Source: Oscillospiraceae bacterium (GTDB lineage Bacteria; Bacillota; Clostridia; Oscillospirales; Ruminococcaceae). Taken from it: a stretch of 64,000 nucleotides of DNA. Of this stretch, positions 27,492 through 37,734 are shown piece by piece. Positions within the stretch are counted from its first letter, which is position 1. Each line of letters opens with the position of its first letter. The stretch is from assembly GCA_045642925.1 (NCBI GenBank), contig JAZUJW010000034.1, positions 1 through 64,000 of the forward strand. The letters run 5' to 3'. Position numbers and translations under genes: made by a program. Below the pieces are notes generated by a model. The model saw only the letters and a list, made by a program, of their open reading frames with translations. It was not told the origin of the DNA and searched no databases.

Positions 27492-29792
27492 TCAATCTGC
27501 ATTCACAGTGATGCCGTTTTCGGTGCCGCGGATATGAATGGCGGTGAAAACCTTCTCACTTTCAATAATGAGTGCAGCGATTTTGTCATCGACATTGTCG
27601 CGCAGGACGCGGCGGATATCACGCGCACCGTACTTGTGACCATGCGACTCTTTTGCGATCCATGCAAGTGCCGCATCGTCCCAGTCCAGCGTGTAATTTT
27701 GTTCTGCGAGCGCTTCTGCTGTTTCAGAAAGCATCAGCGCGGCAATCTTTTCGTAATGTTCGACCGACAGCGGACGGAATACGATGATTTCATCCACTCT
27801 GCCGACAAATTCGGGACGCAGGAATTCTTTCAGGGATTTCATTGCCTTTTCGCGGGAAATCTCCTCCTCGGTGCGGTTGAAGCCGACACCTGTGGATTTA
27901 TCGGTGCTGCCTGCATTGGAAGTCATGACAATAATCGTATTTTCGAAGTTAATGGTACGTCCCTGTGCATCATCGACCTTGCCCTCATCGAGAATCTGGA
28001 GCAAGAGGTTCATGACATCGGGATGCGCCTTTTCAATTTCGTCAAACAAAATGACGGAATATGGTCTGCGGCGCACTTTTTCGGTGAGCTGACCAGCCTC
28101 ATCATAGCCGACATAGCCGGGAGGCGAACCAATCATGCGCGAAACAGCGTGCTTTTCCATGTATTCGGTCATGTCCAGACGAATCAGCGGTTCGGTGGAA
28201 TCGAACAGCTCAGACGAAAGCACCTTCACGAGTTCGGTCTTTCCGACACCGGTCGGGCCGACAAAAATGAACGATGCAGGTCTGCGGCGCTTGGAAAGCT
28301 GTACGCGGGAGCGTTTGATGGCGGCAGACAGTGCCGTGATTGCTTCGTCCTGACCGATGATTTTTTCGGAGAGGCGCGGTGCAAGATTTTGCAGCTTCGC
28401 GTATTCGGTTTCCTCAATTTTATTAGCAGGAATGCCCGTCCAGAGTTCAATGACATGTGCGAGGTCGTCGGCTTCGACATGAACCTGTTCGGCAAGCTTC
28501 TGTACCTCTTCCTGCCGCTGCTTCAGGTGGATCAAATCGCCTTTTTTCTCGGCAAGAAGCTGATAATCGGGTGTGGTATCCGATTCGATCTCCTCGATTT
28601 CGGATTCTTTCTCTGCGATTTGCGCTGCAAGGACATCGACTTCGCCCAATTCCGGATGACGAATGCTTGCGTGTGCACAGCTTTCGTCTAAGAGGTCGAT
28701 CGCCTTGTCAGGCAGGAATCTGTCCGTGATATAGCGTTCGGAAAGCACCACACACATCCGAATCAGATTCGGTGCAATGTGAATACGGTGGTATTCCTCA
28801 TAATATTTCGCAATGCCGTTCAATACGGCAACGGTATCTTCGATATTCGGTTCATCAATTTTGACGGGCTGGAAACGGCGTTCAAGCGCACCGTCCTTTT
28901 CGATGAATTTGCGGTATTCTGTGAATGTTGTCGCACCAATGACCTGTACTTCTCCGCGGGAGAGCGCAGGCTTCAGGATATTTGCGGCATTCATCGAGCC
29001 TTCCGCATCGCCTGTGCCGACCAGATTATGCACTTCGTCAATGAACAGGATGATGTTGCCCTGTTCCTTGACCTCCTGTACGAGTCCCTTGACACGGCTT
29101 TCGAACTGTCCGCGGAACTGCGTACCTGCGACCAATGCAGTCAGATCCAGCAGATAGATTTTCTTGTCGCGCAGATGATACGGCACATCGCCCGAAGCAA
29201 TTTTCTGTGCAATGCCTTCTGCCACGGCAGTTTTACCAACACCGGGTTCACCGATCAGACAGGGATTATTTTTCTGTCTGCGGGAAAGGATCTGGATCAC
29301 ACGCGCAATTTCGCGTTCGCGTCCGATGATATTGTCGAGTTCGCCTTTTTCTGCGCGGGCGCTGAGATTATTGCAGTATTGGTCAAGGAACTTGAGTTCC
29401 TTTTTCTGTTCTTTTGGATGTTTCTCCTTTTTCGGCTTTCCATTGCCTTCTTTTTTGCTTGTTTCCTCTGGCTCCGCATCATTCTCCGCAGAAGAAGAAC
29501 CGTTTCCGTCAAAGAGCTGCTGGATGAAAGCAGGCATGGTACTTGCGCCGCCCATCTGGAAGGCATCGCCTGCCACCGACTCCATTTGCTCCATTTGTTC
29601 GCTCATCTGGTCGCACAACTGTTCTAGTTCTTCATCACTGATGCCCATAGACTGCACATATGACGTGACAGCCTCAATATTCATTTTTTTCGCACAAACC
29701 AGGCAATAGCCCTCGCTGTGCCGTTCTTCGCCCTGCATTTTTGTCAGGAATATCACCGCAGGACGCTTCTTACATTTCATGCACTTAACCAT
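27492..29792 (-). CDS. clpE: ATP-dependent Clp protease ATP-binding subunit, ClpE-like (N-terminal zinc ribbon plus two AAA+ modules)
   Basis: N-terminal CxxC...CxxC (MVKCMKCKK...GYCLVCAKK), followed by ClpA/B-family D1 (GEPGVGKTA) and D2 (GPTGVGKTE) domains. Confidence 0.85.
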   Translation of the reverse strand: MVKCMKCKKRPAVIFLTKMQGEERHSEGYCLVCAKKMNIEAVTSYVQSMGISDEELEQLCDQMSEQMEQMESVAGDAFQMGGASTMPAFIQQLFDGNGSSSAENDAEPEETSKKEGNGKPKKEKHPKEQKKELKFLDQYCNNLSARAEKGELDNIIGREREIARVIQILSRRQKNNPCLIGEPGVGKTAVAEGIAQKIASGDVPYHLRDKKIYLLDLTALVAGTQFRGQFESRVKGLVQEVKEQGNIILFIDEVHNLVGTGDAEGSMNAANILKPALSRGEVQVIGATTFTEYRKFIEKDGALERRFQPVKIDEPNIEDTVAVLNGIAKYYEEYHRIHIAPNLIRMCVVLSERYITDRFLPDKAIDLLDESCAHASIRHPELGEVDVLAAQIAEKESEIEEIESDTTPDYQLLAEKKGDLIHLKQRQEEVQKLAEQVHVEADDLAHVIELWTGIPANKIEETEYAKLQNLAPRLSEKIIGQDEAITALSAAIKRSRVQLSKRRRPASFIFVGPTGVGKTELVKVLSSELFDSTEPLIRLDMTEYMEKHAVSRMIGSPPGYVGYDEAGQLTEKVRRRPYSVILFDEIEKAHPDVMNLLLQILDEGKVDDAQGRTINFENTIIVMTSNAGSTDKSTGVGFNRTEEEISREKAMKSLKEFLRPEFVGRVDEIIVFRPLSVEHYEKIAALMLSETAEALAEQNYTLDWDDAALAWIAKESHGHKYGARDIRRVLRDNVDDKIAALIIESEKVFTAIHIRGTENGITVNAD

Positions 29793-29819
29793 TATAGCCC
29801 TTTCTGGTGCCGAATAGCA

Positions 29820-30731
29820 TTAGAACAGCATATCCAGCTGGTAGTAGATATATCTGAACAGGTATGTCCTGTCCACGGTTGCGTCGCTGAAGCACAGCAG
29901 TTCTCCGCCGCCCAGTAAGACCAGCAGACGCACGATTAAGGTCAGCAGAACGACCACCATCATTGCTTCCACAACGCCAAGAATCGCGCCGAGAAAATGA
30001 TCTGTCTTCCACTGAATGTTGAAATACATTTTATACTCCAACGAACTTGCAAGCATTGCCGCAAAAATCATAACGATCGAGAAAATGATGATATAAATGA
30101 AAATTCGGAAGCATTCCACAGTCGGATCTTTTCCGAAGGAATCCTCCAGATACGCAGCCGTGTCTTCTGCGTTGTTGCTTGGCGCATAGAGCTGTTCCAG
30201 CAGACGATTCATCACGGAAGCATCTTCTTCCATGCTTGCTGCAAAATTCGCATAGACATAATGCGGCAGTTCACTGGAGAGCGCTTCGCCATATTTCGTT
30301 TCAAAAGCCTTAGAAAGCATCTGCTTGAATTCCATTTGTGTACCAACGACATATCCGCAGGTATTATTGACATACTCATAAAGCTTCTTGTCAAATTGGG
30401 CAGTATCCGGCGCCTTCAAAGAATCCTCGATCATATGGATATCGAACATTGCGCCATATTTCTTGTCGTTGAGCGCATCCATAAAGCACTGCGCAACATC
30501 AAAATTCGAATTGATTTTTTCGATTTTTTCGATATTTGCCTCTCGAGCCATCGAAGTATAGATCCCGGGTGCACTGATTGACGAAAAAACGGATGCTCCT
30601 ACTGTTGCAACAATGTAACCGATACACAATATCAAAACTTTAGTCATGCCCTTCTTGGCATTCGAAATAATGATTCCAATTGCAGCAACCAGTAGCAGCG
30701 CATCTAAAATCCACCAGAAATCCGTATTCAT
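29820..30731 (-). CDS. Membrane protein (CvpA-like N-terminal TM region plus an extracytoplasmic domain)
   Basis: Hydrophobic N-terminus (FWWILDALLLVAAIGIIIS) and a C-terminal TM cluster. The RBS aggagg is present. Confidence 0.5.
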   Translation of the reverse strand: MNTDFWWILDALLLVAAIGIIISNAKKGMTKVLILCIGYIVATVGASVFSSISAPGIYTSMAREANIEKIEKINSNFDVAQCFMDALNDKKYGAMFDIHMIEDSLKAPDTAQFDKKLYEYVNNTCGYVVGTQMEFKQMLSKAFETKYGEALSSELPHYVYANFAASMEEDASVMNRLLEQLYAPSNNAEDTAAYLEDSFGKDPTVECFRIFIYIIIFSIVMIFAAMLASSLEYKMYFNIQWKTDHFLGAILGVVEAMMVVVLLTLIVRLLVLLGGGELLCFSDATVDRTYLFRYIYYQLDMLF

Positions 30732-30851
30732 TCCAATCTCCTCCTGTTATCCGCAATTTTGCGGTAATCTCGTTTGTATCTGGTGTACGCGCATTAATCC
30801 CCTGCGTATCTACTTTGTTTTTCCATATTCTACTCTCTCTTGTATCTTTTT

Positions 30852-32069
30852 TTATTCCTGCACCGCATATTCGACACGGTCGATGCGGTCATAACCCATC
30901 AGAAACAGATAAGACTGAATCGGCAGGAAGCGGTCATATGTATCTGAAATTGGTGTTTGTGCGATCCGACAGCCTGTTGTATCGAAACTTTCGAGAGAGG
31001 TACGGGTCTGAATCGTCACACCCGTTCCCGCTGTGCCCACACGAACATATTTCACATCATGTTCGACATCCAGTACACAGGGCGTGTCCGCCGTTCCATT
31101 CAGCAGCACAACGGAATTGGTACGTTTTTCATCGTTGCGCAGCAGAACTGCCGAAACGCCGTCTGCACTGTCGCCGCAGACCAGGGTATCAGGATAAGAA
31201 TATGCACTGAGAATACTTCCCTGTGCATCCAGATAGATACAAGATGTATCGCCGAGTATGCACAGTCCATCCCCATTAGTATTATATACCGAAATACACA
31301 GCGTGTCAAGAGGTTCGCTTGTCCAAAGCGCATCTTTTTGCGTGAAATCGTAATTATGCACAACAGATTTTAATGTGCCTTCCTCCGGACGCAGATTGAC
31401 GGCGTAGCAGCCGGTGCTGTCCTTGCGGAATGCGACCTCTGCCAGCTCCTCAATGCAGCTTCTTGCATAAATTTGTTTTCCTTTTTTGTTAAATATTAAC
31501 AACTTACAGGCGGATGTATCGGAACCCGTCACCACAGCAGTCATGCCCGTATCAGACACACGCCCGAAGATGATCGGTTCGCTGACAGTTTTTTCGAAAA
31601 CAGACCTTGCAGCAGTATCCAGTCGGAAATTCGTGCCGCCGCTTTCATAAATCAGCGCATAACTGCCTGCGGTTTTCAGCATTGCACTGCCGTAGGCGTG
31701 CTGACGACGTCCTGCCAATGTGCCGTCCGTCTGATAGAGATAAAGGTAAGAATCGCTGAGAATCGCCATCAAATCGCCGATTTGTGCTGTTTGATATTCC
31801 TTTCCTCCGTAAATTGCCAATGGGAATTTACCATCGGAAATAGAACCGTCATTCTGCACTACAGGCTGTGTGCCAAAGCTGAGGTCTTCCAGTTTCGGGA
31901 TCCAAACATCCCGCTGCTGATACAGCACCAGCACCAATGCGGCAATAAAGAAGAAAATCACAGCCCGCCGCAAATGACGCTTTCGTTTTCTGGCACGCTG
32001 AATGGCATGGACATCTCCCGCGTGCGGCGCTCTGCGCTTTGCGGGCTGATTCCCCTGTTGAATGTGCAT
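30852..32069 (-). CDS. Hypothetical membrane-anchored protein (basic N-terminus, single TM, large beta-rich ectodomain)
   Basis: The RBS aaaggat is present. No family recognised. Confidence 0.5.
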   Translation of the reverse strand: MHIQQGNQPAKRRAPHAGDVHAIQRARKRKRHLRRAVIFFFIAALVLVLYQQRDVWIPKLEDLSFGTQPVVQNDGSISDGKFPLAIYGGKEYQTAQIGDLMAILSDSYLYLYQTDGTLAGRRQHAYGSAMLKTAGSYALIYESGGTNFRLDTAARSVFEKTVSEPIIFGRVSDTGMTAVVTGSDTSACKLLIFNKKGKQIYARSCIEELAEVAFRKDSTGCYAVNLRPEEGTLKSVVHNYDFTQKDALWTSEPLDTLCISVYNTNGDGLCILGDTSCIYLDAQGSILSAYSYPDTLVCGDSADGVSAVLLRNDEKRTNSVVLLNGTADTPCVLDVEHDVKYVRVGTAGTGVTIQTRTSLESFDTTGCRIAQTPISDTYDRFLPIQSYLFLMGYDRIDRVEYAVQE

Positions 32070-32090
32070 TGTAATCCTTTCTTTCTATGT

Positions 32091-32849
32091 TCAAAGATGC
32101 GGTATTTCCGCTTCATCGTAAAAAACGCGGTTCAGGTACAGACCGTGTGCCATAGCAGTTCTGCCTGCGGCAAGACGGTCTTTCGCCGCAAGGATCTGCG
32201 GCATGGCATCAGGCGGAAAATAGCCCTCATTGATGTCCAGCAGTGTCCCGACAAAGATCCGCACCATATTATAGAGGAAGCCGTTGCCGCTGATGCGCAC
32301 TTCCACAGTATCGCCCAGACGTTCGACCGACACACCGTAAATCGTGCGGACGGTATCGGATTTTTCAGTTGCCTGCGCACAAAAGCTGTGAAAGTCGTGT
32401 GTGCCGACGACAGGCATTGCCGCTTCCCGAATCAAGTCCACATCCAGCGGACGGCGATAGTGAAATGCCAGATCAGTGGCAAAGGGATTCTTGCTTTCAT
32501 GATTGTGAATGCGATAGAGATATTCTTTGCCCTTGCAGTCAAAGCGTGCATGGAACTGTTCGGGCATTTCCTCACAGGCAAGCACGGAAATGTCATCGGG
32601 CAGATAGCCGTTTGCCGCACGCACCAGATTCTTGCACGGGATGATGCGTTCTGTCAGCAAATGCAGACAAAACATATTCGCATGAACACCCGTATCCGTG
32701 CGGGAACATCCGTAAACGGTCACAGCACCGTTGAGGATGCGGGAGAGTGCCTTTTCCAGTTCTCCCTGCACGGTAATGGCATTCGGCTGCCGCTGAAAAC
32801 CATGATAGCGTGTACCGCGGTAGGCGATGGTGAGTTTGAGGTTGCGCAA
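32091..32849 (-). CDS. truA: tRNA pseudouridine(38-40) synthase
   Basis: Conserved N-terminus (RNLKLTIAYRGTRYHGFQRQ) and the catalytic Asp motif (RTDTGVHA). The start was re-assigned to TTG 32849, 7 nt downstream of the RBS aaggag. The ORF-track start at 33014 would overlap ecfT by 135 bp. Confidence 0.8.
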   Translation of the reverse strand: MRNLKLTIAYRGTRYHGFQRQPNAITVQGELEKALSRILNGAVTVYGCSRTDTGVHANMFCLHLLTERIIPCKNLVRAANGYLPDDISVLACEEMPEQFHARFDCKGKEYLYRIHNHESKNPFATDLAFHYRRPLDVDLIREAAMPVVGTHDFHSFCAQATEKSDTVRTIYGVSVERLGDTVEVRISGNGFLYNMVRIFVGTLLDINEGYFPPDAMPQILAAKDRLAAGRTAMAHGLYLNRVFYDEAEIPHL

Positions 32850-32878
32850 AGGACTGCGCTCCTTTCTGTGAAAATGCG

Positions 32879-33685
32879 TTATTTCGAAAGCGTATTCAGC
32901 ACAATGACCGCTGCCAGCAACAAAAGCATCAGTCCCAGCGCGACATAATCGCGCAGACCGCTTTGCAGCTTCCGCAAACGGGTTCTGCCTTCGCCGCCGT
33001 GATAACAGCGGCACTCCATGGCAAGTGCGAGTTCTTCTGCGCGGCGGAATGCCGACACAAACAGCGGCACAAGAATCGGAACAAGTGCCTGTGCGCGTTG
33101 GAAAATGCTGCCGCTTTCGAGGTCTGCGCCGCGTGCTTTCTGCGCTGCCATGATTTTAGAGGTTTCCTCGATCAATGTCGGAATGAAACGCAGCGCAATG
33201 GTCATCATCATTGCCAGTTCGTGCACGGGCAATTTCAGCTTCTTCATCGGAGAAAGCAGCGATTCGATCGCGTCCGTCAGCACGATGGGCGATGTCGTAT
33301 AAGTCAGCAAAGATGTGCCTGCAATCAGCAGACAAATGCGCACGACCATGAATACAGAGGTCTGTACGCCTTCTTCGGTAATTTTCAGAAATTTCCATTG
33401 CCAGTAGATGTCGCCGCCGTCCAGCATCAGCAGATTCAGAATGCCTGTAAACAGGAGAATCGGGACGATCGGCTTGATGCTTTTGACGATCATTTTCGGC
33501 GGGATTTTCGAGCAAAGCGTTGCGGCGATCGTAAAGAGGAAGCCCGCCAGCAGACTCCAGATATGCTGTCCCCAGAAAAGCATGACGAGAAACAGCAGTG
33601 TGATAATGATTTTGAAGCGGGCATCCATGCGGTGAACCACGCTTTTCATGGGAAAATACTGTCCCAGCGTAATGTCTTTCAGCAT
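32879..33685 (-). CDS. ecfT: Energy-coupling factor transporter transmembrane protein
   Basis: About 268 aa multi-TM protein (start MLKDITLGQYFPMKSVVHRMDARFKII). It overlaps the ecfA2 stop by 7 bp. The ecfA-ecfA-ecfT-truA order is canonical. Confidence 0.8.
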   Translation of the reverse strand: MLKDITLGQYFPMKSVVHRMDARFKIIITLLFLVMLFWGQHIWSLLAGFLFTIAATLCSKIPPKMIVKSIKPIVPILLFTGILNLLMLDGGDIYWQWKFLKITEEGVQTSVFMVVRICLLIAGTSLLTYTTSPIVLTDAIESLLSPMKKLKLPVHELAMMMTIALRFIPTLIEETSKIMAAQKARGADLESGSIFQRAQALVPILVPLFVSAFRRAEELALAMECRCYHGGEGRTRLRKLQSGLRDYVALGLMLLLLAAVIVLNTLSK

Positions 33686-34545
33686 GATACACTGCCCTCC
33701 TCCAACCGTTTCAGCAGTTGTTCCGCACCGAATTTGACGGTGTAAACTTCTTCGGGAAACGTGATGCCGCGTTCTGCAAGCCCTTTGAAAATGCGTGTGA
33801 CCTGCGGCAGGGCAAGTCCCATGCCTTCGAGGGATTCCGACCTTGCAAACACGCCTGACGGCGTATCGTAGCAGACGACTTTCGCCTGCGAAAGCACCAA
33901 CAGCTTCGAGGCGTATCTTGCGACATCCTCCATGCTGTGCGACACCAGCAGGATTGTGCATCCTGTACGTTTATGGTATGCCTGTAACTGCGTGAGGATT
34001 TTTGTTCTGCCTTTCGGGTCAAGTCCCGCAGTCGGTTCATCGAGAATCAGCACACGCGGTTCCATCGCCATCACGCCCGCGATTGCCGCACGGCGTTTCT
34101 GTCCGCCCGAAAGCGCATAGGGCGCAGTTTGCAGTTGTGCCTCCGTCAGACCGACTGCCTCTGCGGTCTCGTGTACACGGCGGTCGATTTCCTCCTGTGA
34201 AAGCTTCATGTTCTTCGGGCCGAATGCAATATCCTTGTAAACGGTTTCCTCAAAAAGCTGATATTCGGGATACTGGAACACCAGTCCCACCTGAAAGCGC
34301 ACCTGTCTGCGGTCGGTTTCTTTTGCCCAGATGTCCTTGCCGTCCAGCAGGATTTTTCCATCTGTCGGCTGCAAAAGTCCGTTCATCATCTGCATGAGTG
34401 TGGATTTTCCAGAGCCCGTATGCCCGATGACACCGACAAATTCGCCTTCTTCGATTTGCAGGTCAATATGGTCCACAGCGGTCTTTTCAAATGGCGAGCC
34501 GACGCTGTAAGTGTATGTCAGATTTTTTGCCTCCAAAATTGGCAT
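33679..34545 (-). CDS. ecfA2: Energy-coupling factor transporter ATPase
   Basis: ABC ATPase (GHTGSGKST; LSGGQKRR; ILDEPT). The RBS ggagg is present. Confidence 0.85.
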   Translation of the reverse strand: MPILEAKNLTYTYSVGSPFEKTAVDHIDLQIEEGEFVGVIGHTGSGKSTLMQMMNGLLQPTDGKILLDGKDIWAKETDRRQVRFQVGLVFQYPEYQLFEETVYKDIAFGPKNMKLSQEEIDRRVHETAEAVGLTEAQLQTAPYALSGGQKRRAAIAGVMAMEPRVLILDEPTAGLDPKGRTKILTQLQAYHKRTGCTILLVSHSMEDVARYASKLLVLSQAKVVCYDTPSGVFARSESLEGMGLALPQVTRIFKGLAERGITFPEEVYTVKFGAEQLLKRLEEGSVSC

Positions 34546-34558
34546 GGAACGCCTCCGT

Positions 34559-35410
34559 TCAAGGTTTCAGCAGTTTCGAAAGCGCGTCAATGCACGCATC
34601 TTCGGTAATAATTTCGGGGTCAAGGTCGTAGCCGTTCTGCCGCAGAATGTGAACGAGTTCCGTTGCCTGCGGGACATCCAGCCCGATTTCTTTCATTTCA
34701 TCCACTCGTGCGAATACTTTTTTCGGCACATCATCCATCAGGACTGTGCCGTGGTCAATGACCACAATGCGCTGACACTGTGCGGCTTCATCCATCTCAT
34801 GCGTAATGAGAATGACGGTGATGCCATAATCGCGGTTCAGGCGGCGAATGGTTTTCATGACCTCTTTGCGTCCCTGCGGGTCAAGCATCGCGGTCGGTTC
34901 ATCGAGTACGATGCAGTCGGGGCGCATGGCAATGATGCCTGCAATGGCAACACGCTGTTTCTGACCGCCCGAAAGCTGATGCGGCGCGTGTTCGCGGAAA
35001 TCGTACATCTTGACGGCTTTCAGTGCCTCATCCACACGTTCCCGCATTTCCGCAGGGTCAACGCCCATATTTTCCAGCGCAAATGCGACATCTTCCTCCA
35101 CAATGGTTGCAACGATCTGGTTGTCCGGATTCTGAAAGACCATGCCGACACGCTGACGAATATCAAACAGTTTTTCCTCATCGGCAGTATCCATGCCGTC
35201 CACCAGAACCTTGCCCGATGTGGGGATCAGGATGGCGTTGAGGAGTTTTGCAAGCGTTGATTTGCCCGAACCGTTATGTCCCAGCACGGCAACAAGTTCG
35301 CCCTTGCCAAAGGTGAGGGATACCCCTTTGAGGACTTCGGCAGGTTTTGACGCATCATCCTCCGCAGCATATGAAAAGCGCACATTTTCAATAGAAATCA
35401 ATGGTTCCAT
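34559..35410 (-). CDS. ecfA1: Energy-coupling factor transporter ATPase
   Basis: ABC ATPase (GHNGSGKST; LSGGQKQR). The start was set at ATG 35410 behind the RBS gggagg. The ORF track extends to 35557 without an RBS. Confidence 0.85.
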   Translation of the reverse strand: MEPLISIENVRFSYAAEDDASKPAEVLKGVSLTFGKGELVAVLGHNGSGKSTLAKLLNAILIPTSGKVLVDGMDTADEEKLFDIRQRVGMVFQNPDNQIVATIVEEDVAFALENMGVDPAEMRERVDEALKAVKMYDFREHAPHQLSGGQKQRVAIAGIIAMRPDCIVLDEPTAMLDPQGRKEVMKTIRRLNRDYGITVILITHEMDEAAQCQRIVVIDHGTVLMDDVPKKVFARVDEMKEIGLDVPQATELVHILRQNGYDLDPEIITEDACIDALSKLLKP

Positions 35411-35441
35411 GGTTCCTCCCAATCTGTCTGCGGTACTGCCC

Positions 35442-36305
35442 TTACTTCTCCCAGATGGCAGTTGCACCGCAAGGCAGTGCCGCACCGCCCAGTGCCACAG
35501 GCAGTCCGATCTCGTCAGCGGACACCTTGCCGCCGAATTTCGGCACCAGCAGCGCATTCAGCAGATAGCCCATGACGGACGGAGAAAGCCCTGTCGTATA
35601 GCTGTTCAGTAGGAAGAAAAGCGGGTTATCGGACAGCACATCCATGCAGGCTTCCACCAGCGGATAAATGCTGTTTTCGAGTTTCCATATCTCACCGGAA
35701 GGGCCTCTGCCATAGCTTGGCGGGTCCATGATGATCGCATCATATGTTTTGCCGCGGCGTGCCTCTCTGCGAATGAACTTCTCGCAGTCATCGATGATCC
35801 AACGGATGGGTTTCTCGGTCAAATCGGAAGCAGCGGCATTTTCTCTTGCCCACTGCACCATGCCTTTTGCGGCATCCACATGGCAGACTTCCGCACCCGC
35901 CGCTGCACAGGCAAGCGTTGCGCCGCCCGTATAGGCGAACAAATTCAGCACACGAATCGGTCTGCCGGCATTGCGGATCTTCTCCTGCATCCAGTCCCAG
36001 TTGACTGCCTGTTCGGGGAACAGTCCCGTGTGCTTAAAGCCTGTCGGACGCACGATAAAGGTCAGTGCGCCATAGCGGATTTCCCAGCTTTCGGGCGGTG
36101 TTTTGCGGTATTCCCACGAACCGCCGCCGCTTTTGCTGCGGTGATAATGCCCGTCAGCCTTCTCCCACTGCGGAGAAGTTTTCGGTGTCTGCCAGATGAC
36201 CTGCGGATCGGGGCGAATCAGAATAATATTGCCCCAGCGTTCCAGACGTTCACCGCAGGAGGTATCGAGAAGGCGGTAATCCGCCCAATGTTCGGCTGCT
36301 CTCAA
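35442..36305 (-). CDS. Class I SAM-dependent RNA methyltransferase (RlmI/RlmK-like core without a PUA domain)
   Basis: Rossmann MTase motifs (VLNLFAYTGGATLACAAAGA; IIMDPP). The start is probably TTG 36305, 8 nt downstream of the RBS ggaagga. Confidence 0.6.
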   Translation of the reverse strand: MRAAEHWADYRLLDTSCGERLERWGNIILIRPDPQVIWQTPKTSPQWEKADGHYHRSKSGGGSWEYRKTPPESWEIRYGALTFIVRPTGFKHTGLFPEQAVNWDWMQEKIRNAGRPIRVLNLFAYTGGATLACAAAGAEVCHVDAAKGMVQWARENAAASDLTEKPIRWIIDDCEKFIRREARRGKTYDAIIMDPPSYGRGPSGEIWKLENSIYPLVEACMDVLSDNPLFFLLNSYTTGLSPSVMGYLLNALLVPKFGGKVSADEIGLPVALGGAALPCGATAIWEK

Positions 36306-36333
36306 AAATCATCGTTCCTTCCGATTTTCAGCA

Positions 36334-37707
36334 TCACGCAGGGACATATGCCGTGCGCTGCCGTATTTTTTCCGCGATCTCCAGCGCAAAGCTGTTGATC
36401 TGACGGAAATCCCGCCCTTCCAGCAAAACCTGAATGGCGGCATCGCGTGCCAATTCGCGCACGAGGATTCTGCCCTCTGTGCCGAGTTCGGCTTCATATT
36501 TTTCAATCACATCCGTGATTTCGGTATCATTCTTCCAGATTTCCCGCCAGCATTCTGCGATTTTCACATTCAGCGAAACCTGCGGGTCATGCTCCATGAC
36601 CGCAGAAAGCACGGAAAGCGGCTGTTTTGTACGCTGCATGATTTCAAGGATGCGCAGTGCCGAAACCAGACCGTCAGAGGAAGGAAATTCCGCAAAATAG
36701 AGATGTCCTCCGCGCTCACCGCCGAGGGAAAGCCCTGCTTCCCGCACACGCTCCAGCACAAAATGCGGAGAAGGCTGCGTGGTATGGACAGTAATGCCAT
36801 TTTCCTTTGCAAAGCGCAGAAAACCGAGATTGCTCAGAACGGTCGCTGCCACACCGCCGCCGCGCAGGGCATCGCGGGCAATGGCATCCTGCAAGCAAAT
36901 TGCAAGCAGACGGTCACCGTCCAGCAGTTCTCCATTTTCATCCACCGCAATACAGCGCGTACCATCGCCGTCAAAGGCAAAGCCCGCCTGACAGCCGTTT
37001 TTCGTCACAAATTCCATCAAATTCTGCATTGCGGTCACGCCGCAGTCACGGTTGATGTTCGTACCGTCCGGCTGATTCTGGATTGCAATGACATCCATGC
37101 CGTACTCCCGTAGAACGGGTTCTGCGATCGCACTCAGTGAACCGTTTGCGCAGTCCACGGCAATGCGCGGCCGGGGATATGTCATATTCTTCGGAACCGG
37201 CATCAATGTTTTCAGCAGGTCACGGTAGCGCTGTACGCCGTCCGTTTCCTGAAACATCTGTCCGCAGAAGCGGTGCGATTTGGGCGGCATCGGCATTCCG
37301 CCGGGCATCAGCGATTCGATTTTCGCCATAGTATCTTCCGCAAGCGGCGAACCGTCCCGATTCAGCATCCGCAGATTCATATATTCATACGAAGCACTGC
37401 CGCCTGTCAGAACCATGCCGCAGTGCGCCTTGTTTTCTTTTTTTGCGAGCATCAGCGCCACTGCCGCAGAAGGCAGAACGCCAAGCTGTATCACATTGCC
37501 GCCGCCCGAACAAATGCCTGCGCACAATGCCGCTTCCAGCAGCGGTGCAGAACGTCTGGTATCTCGGGCAATATAAAAAACAGGCAGACAGCCGCACATC
37601 CTGCCGATGACCTGTGCCGCGGCTCTGCCAAGATACAGCAGGATTTCGCAGCTCAGTTCTGTCACGGCAATGCCGCGCAGTCCGTCTGATTTCAGTATCT
37701 TACTCAT
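36334..37707 (-). CDS. Alpha-D-phosphohexomutase family protein (GlmM-like) with an atypical active-site loop
   Basis: GlmM-like N-terminus (SDGLRGIAVTELSCEILLYLGRAA). The canonical T/SASHNP phosphoserine loop reads GGSASYEY here. Confidence 0.6.
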   Translation of the reverse strand: MSKILKSDGLRGIAVTELSCEILLYLGRAAAQVIGRMCGCLPVFYIARDTRRSAPLLEAALCAGICSGGGNVIQLGVLPSAAVALMLAKKENKAHCGMVLTGGSASYEYMNLRMLNRDGSPLAEDTMAKIESLMPGGMPMPPKSHRFCGQMFQETDGVQRYRDLLKTLMPVPKNMTYPRPRIAVDCANGSLSAIAEPVLREYGMDVIAIQNQPDGTNINRDCGVTAMQNLMEFVTKNGCQAGFAFDGDGTRCIAVDENGELLDGDRLLAICLQDAIARDALRGGGVAATVLSNLGFLRFAKENGITVHTTQPSPHFVLERVREAGLSLGGERGGHLYFAEFPSSDGLVSALRILEIMQRTKQPLSVLSAVMEHDPQVSLNVKIAECWREIWKNDTEITDVIEKYEAELGTEGRILVRELARDAAIQVLLEGRDFRQINSFALEIAEKIRQRTAYVPA

Positions 37708-37734
37708 TTATTGTACCTCTTATGGCATTCCGTG

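Noticed and set aside
27156-28691. 511-aa ORF on the plus strand
   Set aside because: It is antisense to ClpE, and to the small protein gene at 27144-27419, with no signals. A shadow ORF.
31698-32948. 416-aa ORF on the plus strand
   Set aside because: It is antisense to the 30852-32069 gene and to truA. It has no start context.
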